NCBI GenBank assembly: GCA_050949405.1
Contig: JBMNFQ010000001.1
Coordinates: forward strand, 985,160 to 1,049,159
Direction: 5' to 3'
Source: Limisphaerales bacterium
Lineage (GTDB): Bacteria; Verrucomicrobiota; Verrucomicrobiia; Limisphaerales; UBA1412
DNA: 64,000 bases
A program made the position numbers and the translations under genes. Shown in pieces: positions 1 through 7,584 of the stretch. Positions within the stretch are counted from its first letter, which is position 1; each line of letters opens with the position of its first letter. The notes under the pieces were generated by a model that saw only the letters and a program-made list of their open reading frames with translations, did no database searches and was not told the DNA's origin.

Positions 1-143
1 AGGCTCACTTCCCGGCTGGTGGGGGCAGGTACGTGGTGCCCCGTTGCTACAGCGATTTGCTCTACCACAAAGGAGAGTAATTCATCCCCGGTGTGGATAG
101 ATTCGTTATGCAGACAATTTCCAAAATTATTTTGATTTTTCAT
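1..143 (-). CDS. 5' end of a hypothetical protein running off the window (MKNQNNFGNCLHNESIHTGDELL...)
   Basis: ATG at 143-141 opens a stop-free frame to base 1, co-oriented with the element genes; read by hand, not in the ORF track. Confidence 0.35.
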   Translation of the reverse strand, partial: MKNQNNFGNCLHNESIHTGDELLSFVVEQIAVATGHHVPAPTSREVS

Positions 144-252
144 AAAATTTATTTTGGTTTCCGCTTGACAAACACACCGTAGAGAGACACGATAATCTCG
201 GATTTTAGAAATATTGTGTTTCCCCCGCTGGTGTGTTTGCCAACGGGTTTTT

Positions 253-723
253 TTATGCAGTCACACCCTCCGGGGTTTCCTCTTGCGTTGGAATGGCTGT
301 TTTTTTCGTCCTTTCCTTCCGCGGGGTGTATCTGTCAGAATTGATATATTCAAACAAATCTGACTCGAGAATTTTACGCCGTCCATTAGGCGCAACGAAT
401 TTGAGCCGTCCGTCTTTCATCGCCCGTTGCATGGTCATCACTGTCACCCCGGCAATCTTGGCGGCCTCAATTATCTTGTAAGTCCTTTCAAATTTCGGGC
501 TGTCAGGCGCCTGCTCTCCAGACATGTCCGCCCAGATTTTCAGTTGTCGCCCCAATGGCCATTTGCCCCAATTGTCAGTCAGTTTTCCTACCACAAATCC
601 TAGCGTTGGCAGTTGGTTGTCTGCCACCGAGGGATGTTGAGCTTCCGTATTTATTCCAGGGTTAAGACTGGTCTCTATATTTGTACTCATACTTTTTTTT
701 TTGTATTTGTATTTTGGCGACAC
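253..723 (-). CDS. Excisionase-like (HTH_17/MerR-type) DNA-binding protein
   Basis: C-terminal YKIIEAAKIAGVTVMTMQRAMKDGRLKFVAPNGRRKILESDLFEY fits the Xis-type winged HTH pattern; close to an integrase. The true start may be ~690. Confidence 0.7.
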   Translation of the reverse strand: MSPKYKYKKKSMSTNIETSLNPGINTEAQHPSVADNQLPTLGFVVGKLTDNWGKWPLGRQLKIWADMSGEQAPDSPKFERTYKIIEAAKIAGVTVMTMQRAMKDGRLKFVAPNGRRKILESDLFEYINSDRYTPRKERTKKTAIPTQEETPEGVTA

Positions 724-824
724 AATATCGCCATTAGACCAATCATATCTTTTGGTAAGATTATGTCATTGGTAGCGATTAGTAGATTCTAGTAGATTCT
801 AGCACCATCGCTTTTGGGGAGAAT

Positions 825-856
825 AAAAAACCGCCATGGGGGTGAATCCATGGCGG
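825..856 (-). terminator. Rho-independent terminator after the 460-aa gene
   Basis: 9-bp perfect stem CCGCCATGG (831-839)/CCATGGCGG (848-856), with an A6 tract at 825-830 (U-tract on the minus strand). Confidence 0.75.
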
Positions 857-875
857 GGCAAATCACATAGTGTCC

Positions 876-2258
876 TTACCGTTTTTTAGGACGTTTCTTC
901 TTCTTTTTGCTACAGGGCGAAGGATTCCTACCAATCCATTCCATTGCACTTGCAAGGGTTGCTCTACCTCCGGGCATTTCGAATCCTCTCTTCTTCATAT
1001 TGGTCACGTAACTCACACTTCTTTTCATTTCGAGAGCTAACCCCTTAACGTCTAACAGATCACCTTCTTTCGCATTTCTGCGGTTTACTGTCTCAAGTAC
1101 CGACTCTAATTTTTCAGGAATCCCTGTTTTCCGGAGCCCCTCCTCTGTAGCGGACGTTATATCGTCGCGAGTGAATTCGCGTTTTTCTCCTTTTCTTGCC
1201 AACGGTTGGTTGAATTGAAAGTATTGAATTAAGTCCTCATAATCATGCCAACAAAACTTGCGTTTCGTTTTCGTAACCTCTACTTCGAGTTTGAGTTTGA
1301 ATTGCTCATTTGTGTTCCCATCTAGTTTAAAGGTATCCAATATCCCCTCGACTCCTAGCGGATAGCCTCCAGCCACACTAGATGTTCGGGTCTCGCCTGT
1401 CGCCTTGTCCTTAATCACCAAAGAAAAGTTCACATTATTTTCATTGTCATGCGCATCACGCTTTGCTTTTTCTTCGTTATTTTTCGAAATCTTTAAATGA
1501 ATGATAGAATCTTTATCCTTAGCCAAATAAGCCCGGAGTAATTGAATATTATGCAAGGAGTCATCATGAGACAAGCTTATCTTCCAGAGATACTTGTAAA
1601 CAAAGTCCACAATCTTCAATTTATTTGAATCTGAAACCAACCAACCCAATAGACTTTCTTTTGTTCCCGCGTCATTCGTTTCCCTGTACTTCTCGCCATA
1701 ATCATTTATCTTATCGGATAACCGCTTTTTCTCTGCATTGAATTCCTCAATTTTAGAGTCTATGTAGTGACTTTCTTTGAATTTCGGGATTGTGTACAAC
1801 ATCCCATTTCTTTTTAGAAAATCACGATAGTTTTCATCTGGTTCCCAAACAAAAGAGCTGAAGTCATCCAAGACTTTATCTAGCTGGGCAATCACCTCCT
1901 TGACATACTTCTGCGGGATATTGATTGCATCGGGTTCCAACCTCGAATCAATCTCATTCAACATTGATTGCACCCTCAAGTTATCCTCATTTATTGCATA
2001 CGCTTTATCATAATGTGCTTTCCGCTGTGGACTGTCTTTCTCTAGCGGTTTTTCGCATTTATCAAGCAGGCGTCTCCTTTGGCGATAGATTTCTCTGCTT
2101 TTCTTTTGGAGCCCGGCACATGTCTCACGATATTTGTTCCTTGTATCTTCAGGAATCGCTTCCTCCCTATCAATACAATCGCTAATGTTCTTCAATATCA
2201 GAGAAGCCTCGTTCTCTATTTGTGCGAATTCATTTTCCAGTTCACTTTGTGTTTTCAT
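876..2258 (-). CDS. Hypothetical protein, N-terminal coiled coil and probable C-terminal HTH
   Basis: 460-aa ORF directly downstream of the integrase; the C-terminus LLDVKGLALEMKRSVSYVTNMKKRG looks like an HTH. Confidence 0.65.
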   Translation of the reverse strand: MKTQSELENEFAQIENEASLILKNISDCIDREEAIPEDTRNKYRETCAGLQKKSREIYRQRRRLLDKCEKPLEKDSPQRKAHYDKAYAINEDNLRVQSMLNEIDSRLEPDAINIPQKYVKEVIAQLDKVLDDFSSFVWEPDENYRDFLKRNGMLYTIPKFKESHYIDSKIEEFNAEKKRLSDKINDYGEKYRETNDAGTKESLLGWLVSDSNKLKIVDFVYKYLWKISLSHDDSLHNIQLLRAYLAKDKDSIIHLKISKNNEEKAKRDAHDNENNVNFSLVIKDKATGETRTSSVAGGYPLGVEGILDTFKLDGNTNEQFKLKLEVEVTKTKRKFCWHDYEDLIQYFQFNQPLARKGEKREFTRDDITSATEEGLRKTGIPEKLESVLETVNRRNAKEGDLLDVKGLALEMKRSVSYVTNMKKRGFEMPGGRATLASAMEWIGRNPSPCSKKKKKRPKKR

Positions 2259-2290
2259 TTCAATTCTCTCTTAACTTTCAATTCCAGCCG

Positions 2291-3971
2291 TTATTTGTTT
2301 CCCAAAACATCCAGAATTCTCTCTGCGGTCTGTCTGGGGTCTAAACCGCTCTGAATCTCTTTCTCAATCGCACGCAATCGCATCGAGCGCGTATCTTCCA
2401 ACCGACTGTTTGCGGTGGTGTTAGCAATACCGAGCCGGGCGTGTGCCGGGGCCTTGCTGGTGAAGGCTTCACGCATGAAGTCGGAGTCAATTTTGATATA
2501 GTGTTTGTAGATAATTTCTACGGTTTTTGACCCCATGATTTTGCTAATCACCTCCATCTTTACCCCGGCACGGATTGCCGACACAACAAAGGAGCCGCGG
2601 AAGGAATGCCAGCCACGTAGCGAAGCCCGCCTTGCCCGCCCGCCGTTCTCAGGCAGGTCCGCGTTTAGCGCTCCTTTGGATTCGCCCTTACCCGACCGCA
2701 GGGGAATCAAGCTTCGGCGAATAATAGCACAGCCTGAGAGGGTCTCTAGTTGGGTGAGATAATCACAGACCGTTCCTTTCGACCGCAAGCCAAGCTCCGC
2801 AGCAACCTCTTGAAGGGGCTTGCCCTCTGCGTACCGGTCAAAACATGTTTGAGCCGTCGTTTTTCGATGTTCCGTCCAATCGCATTCAGAGATAGCCGTT
2901 GCAACTGCCGTACGCGTCTCTGCCTCATTCAAACATGGTGGCAATGCCTTCATCCCCGTGGTCTCTTGCGCGTCGCCATAGCCACAGACCAGCAAAACCC
3001 GTTTGAGTCTGTCCAGCAAGGTGTCGGGATTGCGTTTGTACTGAGCTGCCGCCTCAGGCAACACAAACTCATTTGGAAGGTGAGGTGAGTTGTCGGCCAG
3101 TGTGCGGAGTTCTTCAGCAAGGGTAGCCCACATGCCTAGAATAACTTCCCCTTTGGTTTTGTGTGTTTTGAGGGTGATTAGATTCTGTGCAAAATCCACT
3201 GCCGCCCACCGTAAGAGGCAAATATCTTTGAGCCGGAGCCCGGTGCAGGAGGCAATGACAACCATGGATTTGATTAAAGGGTCTATCCTCGCCGCGGTGC
3301 CAATAATCTCTATTATCTCTGCTGGGCCAAACAGCTCGCGGCTAATGGTTTCGTCATCCCGCTTCTTTATGCCACGAATCCATTCGTAAGTTGGTGAGTA
3401 CTCCAAGAGCGCCTTAAAAAGCATCTTCAGAACAAACAAATAATAGTTCCATGTCCGGTTGCTCAGTGTTAAGGAGGCCAAAAACGCTTCTACTTCCTCT
3501 GGTTTTACTTCCTCAAGAGTCTGAATCCGCGGGGCATGCCCCCGGACAAAACCAACAAAGCGTTGCACAATCGCCAAGGTAAACCCCCTTGCCCCGCGCA
3601 TTTGCTCGAAGGTTAGCCAAGACCTGTTGCTCAAATACCTCAGGAGTGGACTCCAGACTAATCGCCTTCCTCGGTTTGACTCCGTATTTGACCGCAAGAG
3701 TAGATTTGGCAAGCCGAGCCTCCGTCTGTTTGCGTCCCTCCACCGTTTTCTCCCCACGCAAGTCATCTTCCCATTGTCGCATCTTGGCATTGGCGACCGC
3801 CCGCGATTGCTCGAATGCCCAATCACCATAATCCGAAGCATTGCCACTTGCCGGCGGCTCTCCGTCCCATTTGTTCAATGCTGTAGAACAACGGCGACCG
3901 TTCACTGTCCCCTCAGCGTACCAGCGTTGTACCAACTTTCCGTTTCTGCCACGTTTCAATCTCAGTTGCAT
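2291..3971 (-). pseudogene. Tyrosine recombinase/integrase split by a one-base frameshift
   Basis: Catalytic motifs GLRLKD (R), WHSFRG (HxxR) and terminal KHY lie in ORF 2291-3847; the arm-binding-like N-terminus (MQLRLKRG...WYAEGTVNGRR) lies in the overlapping ORF 3513-3983. The 1681-nt span becomes 560 codons if one base is removed, e.g. from the C5 run at 3584-3588. Confidence 0.85.
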
Positions 3972-4133
3972 AAATCTTCTCAAAGCAAAGGTCCAAACAA
4001 CCTCAGTTGTTGCCGTAAGTTATTGTATGTATAATTATGAAATGCTGCAAGTTTTTACGCCAACATTCAGCGCCAACGCGTAAAACTAAAAATTAACTAT
4101 TTGAAAATAAAGCACTTATGAACAACACCAATA

Positions 4134-4180
4134 GATTTGTAATCGAACGGTCATCAGTTCAATCCTGATTGCTGGCTCCA
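4134..4180 (+). mobile_element. att site: duplicated 3' half of tRNA-Thr(UGU)
   Basis: GA-TTTGTAA-TC anticodon loop, T-arm ATCAG-TTCAATC-CTGAT, acceptor 3' strand TGCTGGC-T-CCA. No D-arm or 5' acceptor strand upstream; 160 bp from the integrase start. Confidence 0.85.
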
Positions 4181-4242
4181 TTATTCATGTTTTTTCCCCT
4201 TTTTACGTTTCATTCTTTTCAGTAAAATACCTTACTAAAAAA

Positions 4243-4271
4243 TTGACACAATAGATTGCCCAAATTATACT
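4243..4271 (+). promoter_or_regulatory. Sigma70-type promoter of the ATPase-PIN-ligase operon
   Basis: TTGACA (4243-4248), 17-nt spacer, TATACT (4266-4271). Confidence 0.75.
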
Positions 4272-4362
4272 TTATGAGTATGGCAGGTGTTGTATAGATG
4301 TTTAGCAGTTTGACTGGTTGAATGCTAAACTAAACCAGGATCGCGCATCAGGAGCAGATGCC

Positions 4363-4431
4363 ATGAGACTCTTCGTGTTTGAAAAATTGTTTAAAATACT
4401 AATGGAGCAGGGGGTGACCCAGCTTCTTTGA
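4363..4431 (+). CDS. Possible 22-aa leader ORF (MRLFVFEKLFKILMEQGVTQLL)
   Basis: AGGAG at 4350-4354, 8 nt before the ATG; lies between the promoter and the ATPase start. Confidence 0.3.
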   Translation: MRLFVFEKLFKILMEQGVTQLL

Positions 4432-4472
4432 CTTATTTCAAATCATTGGCTGACAGATAAAAAGGTAGCTTT

Positions 4473-5888
4473 ATGTTAAAAAAATTAAGAATTCAGAACT
4501 TTAAGGGCTGGAAGGATACCGGTGAGATAGCGATGGCGCCTATCACCCTCTTCTTTGGCGCCAACAGTTCGGGAAAATCCAGCATTGGACAGTTTTTGAT
4601 GATGCTCAAACAGACAGTTGAGTTGCAGGATCGAAAAACTGTCCTTTATTCTGGTGGAAAAAATTCCGCTGTTCAGCTTGGGTCTTATCAAGAGATGGTT
4701 TTTCAGCATTATGAGACAAACAAGATATCTTTTGACTACAACTGGACCTTACCGGAAGAGATGAAAACAAAAGACCCCTTGTCGAAAAATGAATTTTCTG
4801 GAAATAATATTTCTTTCAATGCTGAGATTGGATTTGAAAACACGCTAATCCTCAACTCTTTAGAATATAATTTACTTAAAGACGATAAATCAGTGCTTTC
4901 CATAGGCATGGAGAGAAAAGAGCAAGAAACCGGTGCATATGAAGTTAAGGCAGATAAATACAATATAATGCGTAATCCGGGGCGTGCCTGGCCCCTTGGT
5001 GTTCCGGTTCGTTTTTATGGTTTTCCTGATGAAGTGCTTGCCTATTACCAAAATGTGGACTTTGTGCAGGAGCTGAATTTAAGGCATGAAAAGCTGTTCC
5101 GTTCACTCTATTATCTGGGACCACTGCGCACGAAGGCTGAGCGCTTGTATTCATGGTCCGGCATTGAGCCTGAAAATGTCGGCTATGCCGGGGAAAATAC
5201 GATTTCCACGATTCTTGCAGCTCGAAGCAGACAGATAGGGTTGGTCAAACCTGCTGGTAGGTATGTATCAGCAGAAAAATCTTTTCAAGAGGTCATTGCC
5301 CTGAAGCTCAAAGAAATGGGACTGATCGAGGAGTTTAAAGTTGGGAAGATTGCCAAACAGCGGTATGAATATGAGGTCAAGGTTCGTACCAAAGGCTCAA
5401 GTGATTGGGTGGATTTGCCCGATGTAGGGTTTGGAATTTCTCAAGTGCTTCCGGTTTTAGTGCAATGTTTTTTTGCTCCCGCCAACTCGATCATTCTCAT
5501 GGAACAACCCGAAATACACCTTCATCCCCTTGCACAATCCGCATTGGCGGACGTGATGATTGATGTAATTAAATCTAAGGAGAAGGGGAAAGATAGGAAT
5601 ATTCAGCTAATCATAGAGACACACTCAGAACATTTTTTAAGACGATTGCAGCGCCGAATAGCTGAACACTCTGATGCTTTAAAAGGAAAAGTATCAGCTT
5701 ATTTCGCTAATGTCTCCCAAACCCCTACCACGCTTGAACCACTTCAAATTGATGACTATGGTAATATTTTAAACTGGCCCAGGAATTTTTTCGGTGATGA
5801 AATGACTGATATCATCGAACAGTCCAAGGCAGCTCTAAAGACACAGAAAAAACTGAAGAAAAACCGAACATCGGAGGCCTGCCAGTGA
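4473..5888 (+). CDS. ABC-superfamily (AAA_15/AAA_21-type) ATPase with DUF3696-like C-terminus
   Basis: Walker A GANSSGKS, signature-like DVGFGISQVLP, Walker B ILMEQPEIHLHP, H-loop ETHSEH, C-terminal IDDYGNILNWPRNFF; no TM partner gene. Confidence 0.9.
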   Translation: MLKKLRIQNFKGWKDTGEIAMAPITLFFGANSSGKSSIGQFLMMLKQTVELQDRKTVLYSGGKNSAVQLGSYQEMVFQHYETNKISFDYNWTLPEEMKTKDPLSKNEFSGNNISFNAEIGFENTLILNSLEYNLLKDDKSVLSIGMERKEQETGAYEVKADKYNIMRNPGRAWPLGVPVRFYGFPDEVLAYYQNVDFVQELNLRHEKLFRSLYYLGPLRTKAERLYSWSGIEPENVGYAGENTISTILAARSRQIGLVKPAGRYVSAEKSFQEVIALKLKEMGLIEEFKVGKIAKQRYEYEVKVRTKGSSDWVDLPDVGFGISQVLPVLVQCFFAPANSIILMEQPEIHLHPLAQSALADVMIDVIKSKEKGKDRNIQLIIETHSEHFLRRLQRRIAEHSDALKGKVSAYFANVSQTPTTLEPLQIDDYGNILNWPRNFFGDEMTDIIEQSKAALKTQKKLKKNRTSEACQ

Positions 5889-6413
5889 GTTTTCCCAATC
5901 TATGCGTGGTGGATACTAATGTGCCCAAGGTTGCCAATCTCGCCATTGCACCGGATACGGATTCAGATATCGGTTTGGATTGTATACTGGCATGCGTAGA
6001 AGCGATTGAGCATGTTATGAAGCACCGTCTGGTTATTGATGCGGGCGGCGAAATATTCATGGAATATCTTAGGGAGCTCCCCATGAAGGGCCAGGGTGGA
6101 ATCGGGTCTCGTTTTATGAAGTGGGTTAATGATCATCGCTGGAGCGGTGCATCCATTCAACAAGTGGCTATCCACAGAGAGGGGAATACATACCGGGAGT
6201 TTCCCAAGAGTTCCGGGTTAAAAAAACTTTGATCCATCCGATCGAAAGTTTGTTGCCGTAGCGAATGCTCACAAAGCTAAACCGCCGATTTTACAGGCCA
6301 CGGATAGCAAATGGGTAGGCTGGGAAGCTTCTCTGGCTGAGGAGGGAATCCAAGTCTGTTTTCTTTGTGAGGACTACATCAGAGCCAAATACAAAAAGAA
6401 GAAGAGAGTGTGA
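5885..6413 (+). pseudogene. PIN-like nuclease, frameshifted at an A7 run (6220-6226)
   Basis: N-half has VVDTNV and EIFMEY. Removing one A continues the frame as LKNFDPSDRKFVAVANAHKAKPPILQATDSKW...KKKRV* (175 aa), whose TGA overlaps the next GTG start. Confidence 0.8.
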
Positions 6414-7099
6414 GCGAAGACTTTTTCAAGTTTCCTTCAACCTCCCATCTTGCGACTCTATCGGGTGCCAGGATTAGAGGCGACAAAGTTTTGAGCCCTT
6501 CTGAACGTGATGAGTTTTTGCAGCACAAACTCACTATTGAGGAAAAGGTGGATGGAGCTAATTTGGGAATCTCATTTAGCACGCAAGGCAATATTCGAGT
6601 TCAAAACAGGGGAGCTTATTTGCATTTGCCTGGTACGGGACAATGGAAAAAACTTGAGCAATGGCTTACTCCCCGTACAGATACATTTTTCGAGTATCTG
6701 ACAGATCGATACATTCTTTTTGGAGAATGGTGTTATGCTCAACATTCGATTTTTTATGACCGTCTGCCGGATTGGTTTCTTGGCTTTGATATTTACGACC
6801 GTCAATCCAGTCTTTTTTTATCATCCAGAGGTCGGGATGTTTTACTGGAGAAAATGAATGTTTTTAAGGTTCCTCTTTTAACATGCGGGCAATTTTCTTT
6901 TTCTGAAATCAAAAACCTTCTATCCCAATCAAAATTGGGAGCCAGTCCAGCCGAGGGGCTTTATTTGAGAATTGATGGCGAAGACTGGCTTGAGAAAAGA
7001 GCAAAACTTGTACAGGCTGCTTTTATTCAGTCAGTAGAGAAGCACTGGTCACGCTCTGCTCTGAAACCCAATAAACTAAGCGCACAAGTTTCAAAATAG
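6410..7099 (+). CDS. ATP-dependent RNA ligase family protein (Rnl2-like nucleotidyltransferase domain)
   Basis: Motif I EEKVDGANLG, motif III FGEW, IIIa FLGFDI, IV EGLYLR, V RAKLV; 229 aa, with no OB-fold domain of a DNA ligase. Confidence 0.85.
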   Translation: MSEDFFKFPSTSHLATLSGARIRGDKVLSPSERDEFLQHKLTIEEKVDGANLGISFSTQGNIRVQNRGAYLHLPGTGQWKKLEQWLTPRTDTFFEYLTDRYILFGEWCYAQHSIFYDRLPDWFLGFDIYDRQSSLFLSSRGRDVLLEKMNVFKVPLLTCGQFSFSEIKNLLSQSKLGASPAEGLYLRIDGEDWLEKRAKLVQAAFIQSVEKHWSRSALKPNKLSAQVSK

Positions 7100-7584
7100 G
7101 CCTTTATCCTATATTCACTCTCACTTACTAATTCAATTTTTGGCAGGCGTCATGGAGCGGGCCACCCCGGCATCAGTTTTTTGCCCCTTGGTATTTAACG
7201 CTGATATGGCAGAGGTGGTGGTTTTTGAATGGGGTTAAGAACCAGAACATCGAAATATTGAGTGTTGTTTTCGAGCGTTTGCTTAAAACGATCAAGAAGC
7301 CTTGCTCCCTCTTCGTTGGTAAAAAAAGTAAGGTCGTTGCACATCTTTCAGCATTTTACTGGTGTTTTCTATTCAAAAACTTATCGACCCCATTGTAGTA
7401 ATATATCGAAATGCTGGCAATTAAAATTCTGATAGCCGACTCTGTTTTCCAAAATTTATCCCCAGATATTCGGATGACATTTTGGTGTGACTGTTTTTGA
7501 AGCAATGCGGAATGTTAGGGACATTGATTTTTAAATGGCGCTTTGGGGGTAATCTCTATAAAGTAATGCCGGCGGGGTTGTGGG

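Noticed and set aside
165-196. TTGACA...GATAAT as a sigma70 promoter
   Set aside because: The spacer is 20 nt, outside the usual 16-18.
3580-3595. Programmed -1 ribosomal frameshift in the integrase
   Set aside because: Joining the halves needs a +1 shift, and no X XXY YYZ heptamer is in the correct frame.
4100-4180. Possible complete tRNA-Thr gene
   Set aside because: No 5' acceptor strand or D-arm, and the anticodon stem pairs only 2 bp; treated as an att fragment.
6410-7099. DNA ligase annotation for the KxDG protein
   Set aside because: Only the nucleotidyltransferase domain is present (229 aa), with no OB or DNA-binding domain; RNA ligase family fits better, though the substrate is untested.
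7100-7580. Long intergenic gap after the ligase
   Set aside because: No credible ORF, RNA motif or repeat found by eye; the 7531-7791 minus ORF overlaps the cyclase gene.
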